The translations under genes and the position numbers were made by a program. A DNA stretch of 62,902 nt, filler included, from Octopus bimaculoides (Eukaryota): NCBI RefSeq assembly GCF_001194135.2. It is 7 parts of 5 records of this genome, joined end to end, with 100 filler letters (N's around TTAATTAATTAA, not from the genome) between each part and the next. Parts side by side here need not be neighbours in the genome. Positions count along the whole stretch, not along the records: positions 39,611 to 53,858 come from NC_068986.1; positions 53,959 to 56,931 come from NC_068986.1; positions 57,032 to 58,637 come from NC_068997.1; positions 58,738 to 61,367 come from NC_068986.1; positions 61,468 to 62,902 come from NW_026316787.1; 2 more parts are not named here. One strand, 5' to 3'. The notes under the pieces are model-generated. The model was given only the letters and a program-made list of their open reading frames with translations, had not been told where the DNA came from and did not search any database. Each line of letters starts with the position of its first letter. Position 1 is the first letter of the stretch. Below are positions 51,044 to 62,546 of the stretch, in pieces.

Positions 51044-51989
51044 TATATNNNNNNNNNNNNNNNNNNNNNNNNNNNNNNNNNNNNNNNNNNNNNNNNNNNN
51101 NNNNNNNNNNNNNNNNNNNNNNNNNNNNNNNNNNNNNNNNNNNNNNNNNNNNNNNNNNNNNNNNNNNNNNNNNNNNNNNNNNNNNNNNNNNNNNNNNNNN
51201 NNNNNNNNNNNNNNNNNNNNNNNNNNNNNNNNNNNNNNNNNNNNNNNNNNNNNNNNNNNNNNNNNNNNNNNNNNNNNNNNNNNNNNNNNNNNNNNNNNNN
51301 NNNNNNNNNNNNNNNNNNNNNNNNNNNNNNNNNNNNNNNNNNNNNNNNNNNNNNNNNNNNNNNNNNNNNNNNNNNNNNNNNNNNNNNNNNNNNNNNNNNN
51401 NNNNNNNNNNNNNNNNNNNNNNNNNNNNNNNNNNNNNNNNNNNNNNNNNNNNNNNNNNNNNNNNNNNNNNNNNNNNNNNNNNNNNNNNNNNNNNNNNNNN
51501 NNNNNNNNNNNNNNNNNNNNNNNNNNNNNNNNNNNNNNNNNNNNNNNNNNNNNNNNNNNNNNNNNNNNNNNNNNNNNNNNNNNNNNNNNNNNNNNNNNNN
51601 NNNNNNNNNNNNNNNNNNNNNNNNNNNNNNGAGAGAGAGAGAGAGAGAGTCATACTCACTCACACACACATACACACACATACATATACATATGAGTGTG
51701 TATGAATTTGTAAAATATTAATGAGAGAAGAGAATATTTCTTCGTGGAAGTGTTTAAGAGCATTGCCAATTTAGAAAAATAGTCACATTAAATAACGAGG
51801 CGTTATTTGTGAACGCACACATCTTAATATCGGATTAACTGTGCTGACTGATTTGAGCAGCATACCCACGTTGTTTTTCCCTTTAAATTTAGGGGCTATG
51901 ATTTCATTGCAGTAAATATCTAAACGTATAGGAATTCCGCATCAATTAGGAAACGTGAACGATTGTAATTTTGTTAAATCTTCAGCACG

Positions 51990-52372
51990 TGGTGCAAGCG
52001 TCGCTGTGTAGTAGGAAGCTTGCTTCCCCAACCACATGGTTCCGAGTTCAATCTCACTGCGTGGTGACCGAGTACAGACTGAAGCAACCCGTTGTGTGCA
52101 TATATATATATATATATATATGTGTGTATCTTTATGTGTGTGTATCTTTATGTGTGTGTATCTTCGTGTCTGTATTTGTCCCCCAGTCAACTGTTTTGTC
52201 AACTGGTTTTGGCGCGTTTACTCGACTCCTTAACATAGCGGTTCAGCAAAAGACACCTCTAGAATAAGTACCAAGCTTAACAAAATATAATTACTGGGGT
52301 CAGTTTGTTCAACTAAAAATTCCCTGAGCCGGTACCCCAGCATGGTCGCAGTCTAATGACTGAAGTAATAGA
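51990..52372 (+). mobile_element. SINE family B/C, head, microsatellite core and tail in order
   Basis: GCTTGCTTCCCAACCACATGGTTCCGAGTTCAATC head; (TA)n and (GTGTATCTTTATGT)n core; tail ending CCAGCATGGTCGCAGTCTAATGACTGAA. Confidence 0.85.
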
Positions 52373-52879
52373 TGATTAAAAACAAGACATTGACTATGGA
52401 AAATAATTTGATATTAGGGGATATAAGCGAGAGTGTGCATGGGGAAAAAATTAAAGTGCACGAGATGTCACATGTTTGAGTAGTATGAATATACCCTTTA
52501 ATCACCATTACAGAGATGCCCACTCTGGGCAGATATGGTAGCGCCTGTGAAAAAATTCCTGTTGTTGATCATATAGCAAAAGATGGTCCTCTAGCTAAGG
52601 TATAAAAAATGACCGTGAGATATATGTTGCACGAACCCATTCTTCGTGTGGTCATGTCTTAATGACAAATGAACCAGTCCCCCTACCTAAGAGTTAAATT
52701 GTCCTTATGCTTCAAGGGTAAGTTCGGGAAAGTGGAATATTTGCAGAGTAAACTGTAAATAAAGCAACAAAAGTCAATTGCTGCTTCTTTCCTAACAAAT
52801 ACCACTAAAATTCAGACTTTAAATTGGAAATCTATGATTGTCGATGCTGTAGGGATGACACAAATTATAGATCTTTACG

Positions 52880-53075
52880 TTTTACATGTCTCAATTATCG
52901 GAATGCAGCCGCGCTGGAACACCACCTTGAAAGATTTAGTCAAACAAGTTGATCTAGTAATTATGTTTTGAGTCTGGTATATAGTCTATCGATCACCTTT
53001 GCAGAATAGCTAGGCTCCGTCTAGGGACGTAAACAAACCAACAAAGGTTGGCAAGCAGTGGTGATAGGGTCAAAG
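52880..53075 (-). mobile_element. SINE family B/C tail, diverged
   Basis: GCCGCGCTGGAACACCACC and CGTAAACAAACCAACA blocks in reverse orientation. Confidence 0.65.
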
Positions 53076-53172
53076 ACGCATATACAATACACATGCACTA
53101 TATCAACTAAACATAATTTCTCTTAAAATGTGGAGAGCTCAGTACAGTTACGGCTTAGTTGAGGTTTCTATA

Positions 53173-53381
53173 CGAGGGGTGCTGAAAAGATCTTGGCTTT
53201 AAGCGTATCGGGAAAGGCCTAGTTGGAGGCCCAAATTTTGGAGTTCTTTAACAGGGCTTAGAAAAACTGAATCACAACTGTGTGCGAATACGAGAGGCGG
53301 ATATGTTGAATAAAATCATAATTAGCTGTTCCTCATCTATTTTATTTAACACAAAGCCAGGAACTTTTCAGCAATCCATCA
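53173..53381 (+). mobile_element. Mariner-derived MITE with about 28-bp TIRs and TA target duplication
   Basis: TA-CGAGGGGTGCTGAAAAGATCTTGGCTTT ... AAAGCCAGGAACTTTTCAGCAATCCATCA-TA; interior retains the transposase end (...GGYVE*). Confidence 0.9.
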
Positions 53382-53636
53382 TAAATTATACAAGTGTGTA
53401 AAACTGATCACACCATGGATAAAGTGACGGTTTATTGTCAGAGAAATTCAATAAATAGACTATCTCTTTTCTTGGCATTTAAGTAAAGTGAGGCACGTTG
53501 GTAGACTTAAGTGACACGAATACAGATATAGAGAAAAATGATAGTTACCAATTACATACAAGCAAATATACACACACATAGGCATATACCTATATACACA
53601 GTATGAAACTGGTATGTAAACATGTGTGTGAGTGTG

Positions 53637-53695
<59 letters not shown>

Positions 53696-53961
53696 ACATA
53701 TGTATATATTTATATACATAGATATACATACAGAGAGACATGCATATATAATGTTTCCCAGATTATCAATCAGAGATCTACAAATATGTTGTTTGTTTAT
53801 GTGTTCTAAACAGTACATTTCAAATGTAAATAGAATATTTAAATAAATAAAAACAGAANNNNNNNNNNNNNNNNNNNNNNNNNNNNNNNNNNNNNNNNNN
53901 NNTTAATTAATTAANNNNNNNNNNNNNNNNNNNNNNNNNNNNNNNNNNNNNNNNNNNNATA

Positions 53962-54130
53962 TATACGACGGACTTCTTTCAGTTTCCGTCTATCAAATCC
54001 ACTCACAAGGCTTTGGTGCGCCCGAGGTTATAGTAGAAGACATTTGCTCAAGGTTCCACGCAGTAGGAATGAACCCAGAACCATGTGGTTGGTAAGCAAG
54101 CTACTTACCACACAGCCACACTCCGCGCAT
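53962..54130 (-). mobile_element. SINE family B/C head, well preserved
   Basis: Reverse complement GGAGTGTGGCTGTGTGGTAAGTAGCTTGCTTACCAACCACATGGTTCTGGGTTCATTCC...GACGGAAACTGAAAGAAG; a deleted plus-strand copy lies at about 54415-54505. Confidence 0.85.
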
Positions 54131-55394
54131 ATGTTAGTGATAATTTCGTAAAATCATACTCTCATATAAAATTTCCATAACATGATAGCTGGATACTACA
54201 TATTTTGTAGATCTGTTTGGAAGGGAAATCAATTTTATCGGAGGCAATCAGCACTGGTTGCTATTAGATGCAATACATGTAATTATTCCACTCATACACA
54301 GAAATATATACATATACAGATACACGATTGGCTTCTTTGAGTTTCTATCCAGCTTCTCTCTTTTTATTTATACATATATATTTATATATGCATATGTACG
54401 CATATATGTGTGGGAGATGCGTGTGTGTAACTGTGTGGTAAGACGATTGCTTCCCAATTACTTGTTTGTGGATTTAGATGACGGAAACTGAAAAGAAAAT
54501 GTGTATATAAAGGGAAATGCGTTGTTGAAAATGCACCTCAATTTCAAAAAACTTGTAATTGTTTAAAGTACATTTATTTACATATATACCAAACTAGTTT
54601 CAACAATATCTTTTGTCTATCGATGGTACAAGTCTAAAAATTATGAATTAGAAAAACATCTTTTAAAGTTTCAATGTTGACAAGTTAAAATGTTTCAATG
54701 TTGACAAATGAATATGTTCGGAACATAAATTTAGCATTATGAATTAAGAGGACAGGTGTAAGTTTGAATGTTCATAGCAGTCAAGAATATTAAAGTTGTA
54801 TATCATTTTATTTCAATGCACAAAGTTCGTTAATGTTAGTGGTGATCGAAAAGTGATACTGAGTTAAAAGGGGGATATGGTGGAAAAAAGATAAAGGAGA
54901 AATGAAAATAATGAAAAAGAAGGAATTTAGCTTACAGTTTCTCTTATCCTCTTTCCGTAGACGCTTTCGCTTGTAGTGGTATGTTTTGAGATTAGATGTA
55001 TTTATAATTTTTTTCCACGTGCGGATCTGATTTTGATTCGTTTAAACACTTGTGACTTTTTTAGTGGTCAAGTTTGTCGACGTCCTTTTGGAAACGGTCA
55101 TGAGTCGTCCTGGTTGTTTGATTCTTATAAAGAGTCATTTTGTTGTATTTGCTGCAGTTCGGTTTTAATTAGTCTGGGGTTAGGTGACGTCAGAAAGTGG
55201 TGTTTGTAGACCTTCATTGGTCTAGGGGTGGGTGGCATCGGCAACTGTTGTTTGTGTGGTGATTACGAGTTGCGTTTTCGGAACCCACGTGGAAGATTGC
55301 TCCTAAAGTTTTTTTTTTTTAAATGCTTTTTGTTCCTGGTTATTCTTTTGTGGAGAAATTGATTTTTTTTTCTTCTCTCTTTACTGCTTTTTTT

Positions 55395-55995
55395 CTTATT
55401 TCTCAAGGATATTCAGCTCTGGTTTATGATTTCCTTATTTAAACAGAATTGGGTTGAAGTGTTTCCAGTGCATTGGTAGAGAGGGAAGATTCTGTATTTA
55501 GGGTTTATGTCTACGGGGCAATGGTCAAGGTGCTTGCTTACAGAAATGTTTTCTTGTGTTGGGATCCAAGGTTTCTTTTGCCTGTGCACCGTAACTCTAT
55601 CACTCATAGTTAAAGTAGTTTGATCCATGTAGTCCCCACCACGCCCTCCGCATTTCAGAATAAAGATTAAGTTCTTCGAAGCACAGGCGAAGTCATATTT
55701 TATGGTAAGAGTTTGACCTGACTTAAATTTGTACGCTTGAGCCCTCTACGAGGAGGATGCAAATTCCGCAGTTAGGGCTGTTGCACCTTTTGACGTGTGG
55801 GTTGTATCTTTGGTGGGTAATTTGATGCTGGTGAGGAAGTTTTTTTAGAGATTGGGGTTGTCTCTTGCTTTTAATAATCCTATGTTTCCAGTGACTTTTT
55901 CATTCGCGTGTCCTTCATAAGGAGCGGTATGTTTTGGTGAATGTTGTTGTATGCTTCTCTGGTTCTTGGATTGTGTGTTGATACGTAAGATATAG
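55395..55995 (-). mobile_element. Penelope-like element 3' fragment with GIY-YIG endonuclease
   Basis: YVSTHNP, RQPQSLKK, Cys linker KRCNSPNCGIC, then FACASKNLIFILKCGGRGGDYMDQTTLTMSDRVTVHRQ...SKHLDHC (degenerate GIY...YIG.T...R...H); frameshifted. Confidence 0.85.
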
Positions 55996-55999
55996 TTAG

Positions 56000-56575
56000 C
56001 CTACGGCACCATGCTATTCATTCATTTCAGCTATTTATTACTCCTCTGATTATTCTGGCCGTGCCCAGGAGGCAAACATTTTGTAATAGTTCTACTGGAC
56101 ACTCAAATTCAGTTTCTTTTATATTCCTCTTGAGGCCTTGTGATACTGTTCCCAAGGTCCCCAAAATAATTGGGACTGTCTTCAACTTCTTCATTTTCCA
56201 TAGCCGGGCTATTTCGTAATTAAGAGGGTTGTAACTATCTATATTTTCGCCTTCCTCCTTCACTATTCGTGGGTCAAAGGGACACGCAGAATCGACTGTA
56301 TAGCATATTTGGTACACCTTGTCCACCACCACTAGGTCTGGTCTGTTATGCTCTAGCAGCTGATCTCTTTGGACTGGAAAATCCCAGAGTAGTTTGCTAG
56401 TATCCGACTCTTCCACACTCTGCGCTTTCTGCTCATAGCACGTCTTGCCTCACTTTAGCCTACACCTCTCGCACAGTGTCCAGTGTATCACTTTCGCTAC
56501 CTGTTCGAGTTGTCACAACAATTTATAGTGGTTTCGGGCAAGTCTAGGGCATTCGTCCGTCATATTGTAAATGCT
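56000..56575 (-). mobile_element. R4/Dong-like LINE 3' end with restriction-like endonuclease
   Basis: ECPRLA...VAKVIHWTLC, then KLLWDFPVQRDQLLEHNRPDLVVVDK...DSACPFD...Y.PL.YEIARLW...VPIILGTLG...LLGTARIIR (PD-D RLE motif). Confidence 0.9.
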
Positions 56576-56599
56576 CATTATTATTATTATTATTATTAC

Positions 56600-56808
56600 T
56601 ATAGGCAGACGGCCTTGAAAAATATTTGGCGGAAGGAGGCTAGTCGATTACATCGACGCCAGTGCATAACTGGTACTTATTGCATCGACCTCAAAAGGAT
56701 GAAAGGCAAAATGGACATCACCAGATTTGAACTCAGAACGTAGCGGCGAGCGAAATAGCGGTAAACATTTCTTCCAGCATGCTAACCAATGCTGCCAGCT
56801 CTCCACCT
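56600..56808 (-). mobile_element. SINE family A copy
   Basis: AGTCGATTACATCGAC, CTGGTACTTATT, GATTTGAACTCAGAACGTA, GCTGCCAGCTC blocks. Confidence 0.8.
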
Positions 56809-56810
56809 TC

Positions 56811-56919
<109 letters not shown>

Positions 56920-57031
56920 TAATAATAATAANNNNNNNNNNNNNNNNNNNNNNNNNNNNNNNNNNNNNNNNNNNNTTAATTAATTAANNNNNNNNNNNNN
57001 NNNNNNNNNNNNNNNNNNNNNNNNNNNNNNN

Positions 57032-58225
57032 AACTATCTTGCTAGTTAGCCTTCCTTTGATATTGCTGCACCTCTTATGTGTCCATAGCTTATACTGGGT
57101 ATATCTTATGGAGTTTCTACCTATGCCTTTTCTACAGGTCGAGCAGGGCCATCTACCTGAAGGGGTTTGTGTTTTGTCTACCTTCCTACTTATTAGGACT
57201 TTAGTTTTAGCTAGGTTGACTCTAAGACCCTTCGATTCTAGTCCTTGCTTCCACACCTGAAACTTCTCCTCTAGTTCTGATAGTGACTCAGCAATTAGTA
57301 TAAGGTCATCAGCATAGAGGAGCTCCCACGAGCATCCCGTCTTGAATTCCTGTGTTATTGCCTGGAGGACTATGATGAATAGGAGGGGGCTGAGGATTGA
57401 ACCTTGGTGGATCCCTACCTCTACCCGGAATTCTTCACTGAACTCATTGCCAAACTCTCACCTTACTGACAGTGTCCCTGTACATGGCTTGCACAGCTCT
57501 CGCTAACCACTCATCTATCTCTAGTTTCCTCATTGACCACCAGATAAGGGAGCAGGGGACCCTGTCAAAGGCTTTCTCTATGTCAACGAAAGCCAGGTAC
57601 AGAGGTTTATCTTTGGCTAGGTATTTCTCCTGCAGCTGTCTGACCAGAAATATAGCATCAGTGGTGCTTTTTCCTGGAACAGACCCAAACTGCATCTCAT
57701 CTAAACTGACTCGCTCCCTAAGTAGTTGGGCTATGACCCTCTCTGTGACCTTCATTACCTGGTCCAACAACTTGATACCTCTGTAATTGTTTGTGTCTAA
57801 AGCGTCACCTTTACCTTTGTAGCAGTTGACTATGGTGCTGCTACACCAGTCATTGGGTATGACTCCTTCGTGTATCACCTGGTTAACAATACGGGTGACT
57901 AGGCTATAGCTGACACTGCCAATTATTTTGAGCATTTCTGCAGTGATTCCTGATGGGCCAGGGGGCTTTCCCTGTCTTCATACTCTTGATCACTTTATCT
58001 ACCAAGGTACTGTCAATTAGGATAGCTGGTCCCTCTGTTGGGTCAACATGCAGCAGACTCTCTTCCTCCCATTCATTCGCTTTATTAAGCAACCTTTCAT
58101 AGTGGCGTCTCCAAACCTCTCTCTTTGCAGCCTCGTTTAGTGCAAGGGAGCCATCATCCAAGTGGACACATTTCTCTCCTGCAACATCATGATTTTCTAT
58201 CACACACTGTCTTGCAACACGAAAT
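57032..58225 (-). mobile_element. RTE-clade LINE reverse transcriptase fragment
   Basis: YKGKGDALDTNNYRGIKLL, QFGSVPGKSTTDAIF, FVDIEKAFDRVP, WELLYADDL, GLRVNLAKTK, WPCSTCRKG; a few frameshifts. Confidence 0.95.
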
Positions 58226-58264
58226 ACTTCAAGTCTTATACATATCTATATATGTTATATATGT

Positions 58265-58435
58265 GTGAGTGTATTATGTATATATCATCATCATCATCGT
58301 TTAACGTCCGCTTTCCATGCTAGCATGGGTTGGACGATTTGACTGAGGACTGGTGCAACCGAATGGCTACACCAGGCTCCAATCTAATTTGGCAGAGTTT
58401 CTACAGCTGGATGCCCTTCCTAACGCCAACCACTC
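58265..58435 (-). mobile_element. RTE-type 3' tail with (GAT)n end
   Basis: CATCATCATCGTTTAACGTCCGCTTTCCATGCTAGCATGGG...GGATGCCCTTCCTAACGCCAACC; related short tails near 5250, 5580 and 61150. Confidence 0.75.
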
Positions 58436-58762
58436 ATAAGTTTTGCTAAATTGTTTATATCTATATTGTGATAGAAAATGTTCCTTTAATAGAATAAAAA
58501 ATTTTTGCAGCTTGTATAACAACAGTTAAATTGCATACTGGATTAAGTCAGACTGTATATTTCTTTTTGTTTAGTTTCAGTTTAACTTATATATCTTTTA
58601 CACATTGCATGTTATATTGGAATCTACTACAATGAGANNNNNNNNNNNNNNNNNNNNNNNNNNNNNNNNNNNNNNNNNNNNTTAATTAATTAANNNNNNN
58701 NNNNNNNNNNNNNNNNNNNNNNNNNNNNNNNNNNNNNTATGTATATATAATTTCTTTTGGAT

Positions 58763-58928
58763 AGGCACAGGTGTGGGTGTGTGGTTAAAAAGTTTGCTTC
58801 CCAACCACATAGTCTCAACTTTAGTCCCACTGTGAGGGACCTTGGACAAGTGTCTTCTACTATAGCCCTGAGTTGATGAAAGTCCTGAGTGGTGGTAGAT
58901 GGAAACTGAAAGAAACCTGTCATATATA
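58763..58928 (+). mobile_element. SINE family B/C head
   Basis: GTGTGGTT...TTTGCTTCCCAACCACAT...GGACAAGTGTCTTCTACTATAGCC...GGAAACTGAAAGAA. Confidence 0.8.
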
Positions 58929-58989
58929 CGTGTGTGTGTATGCAGTCAGTGTCCTTCATTTCCAATCTCCCATGTAAACATGTCTGGTT

Positions 58990-59520
58990 ATAGGTAAAAT
59001 TACCTACATGGAAACAGGTGAGGGTTAGTAACAGGAAGGGCACCAGCTGTACAAAACTCCACCTCAACAAATTCTGCCCAACCCATGCAAGCATGGAGAA
59101 GTGGACATTAAACAATGATGATGATGATGATGACAGTATGGCAATGTTATACATATGAAATTGTCACGAGAGATCATGATGCGTCATCATCTTCATTTAG
59201 CATCTGCCTTCCATGCAGGCATGGATTAGACAGTTTGACTGAAACTGGTAAATTGCACAGTTGCACCAAGTTCCAGACTGATTGGGGGGTATGTTTTCTA
59301 TGGCTGGATGCCCTTCCTAATACCAACCACTCCAAGAGTGTGATGGGTGCATTTTATGTGTCACTGGTACCAGTAACTGGGTACCAATTATGTCTCACAA
59401 GCATTGGCCACAACTACGGCTTGACAAGTCTTCTCAAGCACAGCATATCCCCAATGGTCTCAGTCACTTGTCAACACCTTTGTGAGGCCTAGTGTTCGAA
59501 GAGTGCTTTTTATGTGCCAC
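58990..59520. mobile_element. Two RTE-type 3' tails in tail-to-tail orientation (58990-59130 +, 59185-59520 -)
   Basis: AGGAAGGGCACCAGCTGTA...CCCATGCAAGCATGG...GATGATGAT, followed by a reverse copy CATCATC...CCATGCAGGCATGG...GGATGCCCTTCCTAA. Confidence 0.7.
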
Positions 59521-60646
59521 CTGCATGTGTGCCAGTTATGTGTAGCAACTTAACGAGGTTTAACTTTATGAGTAAGAAGAGCATAGAACTTCAAAATTGT
59601 TTCTGTGGTATAAGTATAGTGACTGCCTTTCAGTGCAGTTGAAAGGGTGTAGGTTATTATGTCTATGAAATATTTAGGTTGCAAGTAAATGTTGACTGTT
59701 TGCAGAATGTTAAGGGAGTGCATTTACCAGTGTGTGTATGTGGAAACAGTGACAAATGTCATTATGACATGAAATAAAAGTTTGTTTTAGAAGCATTGAG
59801 ATGTATTGAAAGATACAGAAATAAATTTATATATATATATATATATATNNNNNNNNNNNNNNNNNNNNNNNNNNNNNNNNNNNNNNNNNNNNNNNNNNNN
59901 NNNNNNNNNNNNNNNNNNNNNNNNNNNNNNNNNNNNNNNNNNNNNNNNNNNNNNNNNNNNNNNNNNNNNNNNNNNNNNNNNNNNNNNNNNNNNNNNNNNN
60001 NNNNNNNNNNNNNNNNNNNNNNNNNNNNNNNNNNNNNNNNNNNNNNNNNNNNNNNNNNNNNNNNNNNNNNNNNNNNNNNNNNNNNNNNNNNNNNNNNNNN
60101 NNNNNNNNNNNNNNNNNNNNNNNNNNNNNNNNNNNNNNNNNNNNNNNNNNNNNNNNNNNNNNNNNNNNNNNNNNNNNNNNNNNNNNNNNNNNNNNNNNNN
60201 NNNNNNNNNNNNNNNNNNNNNNNNNNNNNNNNNNNNNNNNNNNNNNNNNNNNNNNNNNNNNNNNNNNNNNNNNNNNNNNNNNNNNNNNNNNNNNNNNNNN
60301 TATATGTCTGTGTGTGTGTCTGTTTGTGTAAGACAGTTTAATATAACATTAAGATACTCATTACTCTTAAATACACTAAAAAAGACCAATGAATAAGTTG
60401 TTTGATTTCTTCATATTGATAATTTAGGCATTATAGTGTTATGTCCAACAAAGATGGAAAGAAATATAAAACAACAAAATAACAAACAAAATGAACACCA
60501 GTAGAGAGAGAGAGAGAATATTATGAAATGAGAGTGGGACAAAGAGAAAGAAAAAAAGAGAGCAAGAAAGAAGGGAAAAGAATGAGAGAGGGGGAGAGAG
60601 AAAGAGAAGATTATATATCTAGATTTATAAAAGAAAAGATGCTTAC

Positions 60647-60772
60647 CATCTGGTTTAGTTGTTTTGAACCAAACAGCTATTGTCATTGTGTCTAATAAAT
60701 CACTATCATTCAATGGAAGCTCTACATATGAGGTACCATTAAATTCTGGGACATCTAACCGTTGAAGTACTT
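60647..60772 (-). CDS. Internal coding exon, N-terminal part of a laminin-G-like domain (agrin / pikachurin-EGFLAM / EYS / perlecan-type extracellular protein)
   Basis: Minus strand reads ...attttcAG | aa GTA CTT ... CCA GAT g | GTAAGC: canonical acceptor and donor, 126 nt, phase 1-1, open frame (E)VLQRLDVPEFNGTSYVELPLNDSDLLDTMTIAVWFKTTKPD(G). PxFxGxSY..L followed by IxxxFxTxxPDG is the usual LamG start. The paralogue cannot be named from one exon. Confidence 0.85.
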
Positions 60773-61020
60773 CTGAAAATTTCAATTGAAAATACAATGC
60801 ATTTAGAGAAATCAATAGAAATAAAATTAAATGGGTAACAAAGAGATGAAGTAAATTATTTAGAATTACAAAGACAATTGAAATAAATGGAATTAAAATT
60901 GAAAGTGTTCAGGGAGGCAGAAAGGATTACAACACGATTATGAATAAGTTGTTTAGACCCCAAGTTAATTCTAATCAAACAGACCTATAGTCAAATACTT
61001 TCCAGCTCATTTTTATTTCA

Positions 61021-61140
61021 TACTAGCAGAAATACCAGGCTTTGCCCGGGTTAAAGAGAATAATGAAATCTAAAAACGCCGTCCAGACTACGTAACCCTC
61101 AAGTGTTAGTAGCTACGATACCATATTTCTACATTAATAA
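61021..61140 (+). repeat. Dispersed repeat terminus, possibly non-autonomous Helitron/Helentron type; second copy at 62856-62902
   Basis: TACTAGCAGAAATACC(A/C)GGC(T/G)TTGCCCGGGTTAAAGAGAATAATGAA in both copies (2 mismatches in 47 nt) with a CCCGG/CCGGG subterminal hairpin. Superfamily assignment is inference. Confidence 0.45.
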
Positions 61141-61469
61141 CTCTCCAATCCATGCCAGCATGGAACATAGACATTAAGTGGAATGCCAGTCTCTCATCCA
61201 GGAGGGCCTTGAAATCAATATTACCAACTAGGGACTATGTGTGTCGCAGTGATAATAAAAAGACCCAAAGCAGGTCTGCAACGAAATAATTTTACTCAAC
61301 ACTTTGCAAGTGAATCAGTGAAGGCAAAGATGCGTCTCATTTACTTGACAATTTATGCACCACATTGNNNNNNNNNNNNNNNNNNNNNNNNNNNNNNNNN
61401 NNNNNNNNNNNTTAATTAATTAANNNNNNNNNNNNNNNNNNNNNNNNNNNNNNNNNNNNNNNNNNNNTA

Positions 61470-62490
61470 TAAGAAAGGCAAGCAAAATCTGCTCGATCTC
61501 ACAGATGCTTTTTATGAAGGAAATATTGCTCCACCCAACAATTCATAATGTTAAGGTGACACCGATGATTCTCTCGGACCATAACTTAATAGAACAAACA
61601 ATGTATGAACCCCAGAAAGCTACAGATATGTAGGCTACTAGAAACACTCACATCTTCTCCGGCCTGAAATTTCATAAAGCTGATTCGAATGGTATTGAGA
61701 AAGAGGTCATTGAATAAAATTGGTCTAACAGTCTCTCTAGACAAGAAAATATTGATATAAAATCACAACCTTTTATGACAAGTACGTTTGCTCCTTAGTG
61801 AATGCCAGATTAACAGAAAAATATAGGATTCTAAAGAGACGACGAGCAAAAATCTCAAACCGTCTAAATAGGCCACTAAGGGATAGCAAAGGATTTTATC
61901 TCAAACAAACATTACTCGAGATCAAAGATGAGCTCAATTACTCTCATGAAAAGGAGAGGGCAGAGAAAGAAGCTTGGGTTGTCAAAACTATAAAAACAGA
62001 CCTTAAGGCAAGGCCTTCTATAGATTTGCAAAAAGTCTGCTTCAGTACGGTACAAGATAGGCACACTGTTCTAAGAAAATGACTCGCCGACTGCAGACCC
62101 CACCAGAAGATCAGTGAAATACTGAATGCTCTATACAAAAATGTTTTCATAATTCCACTGGGGGCACTTGCAAAGTGTTATGTTTGATGAGTTCTTCGGC
62201 ATCACAACTCTACGCGAAAAGATGGCAATTTTTGATAACTTTGAAATAGCGGCTACGGATGTTATATTAGTCATTGGTGAAATGAACTCAAACTCAGCCA
62301 CAAGCCCTGAAGGATTCTCGGTAATTCTCCTAAAGAAATGCAAAAGGGCTCTAGCAAGACTACTACAGATCCTCTTCTAGAGTTTCCTCGCAACTGGGAG
62401 ACTTCTCAGAAAGTTAGAGGTAGGCATAATATATCCTGTCCATAAAGGAGGCAGCAGAGCGGATGTTAAAAATTGTAAGCTTGTTTCTCT
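61470..62490 (+). mobile_element. Degenerate CR1-group LINE ORF2 (endonuclease end to RT start)
   Basis: ILSDHNLIE (APE SDH motif), SATSPEGFSVILLKKCKRALA, IYPVHKGGSRADVKN.K.VSL; stops and frameshifts. Confidence 0.85.
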
Positions 62491-62499
62491 TCATTATAC

Positions 62500-62546
62500 G
62501 TGTCAGTTAATATGACATAGAAAATCCATGTTATATTAACTGACAC
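62500..62546. repeat. 19-bp inverted repeat hairpin
   Basis: GTGTCAGTTAATATGACAT-agaaaatcc-ATGTTATATTAACTGACAC, one mismatch (G-U as RNA). Confidence 0.9.
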
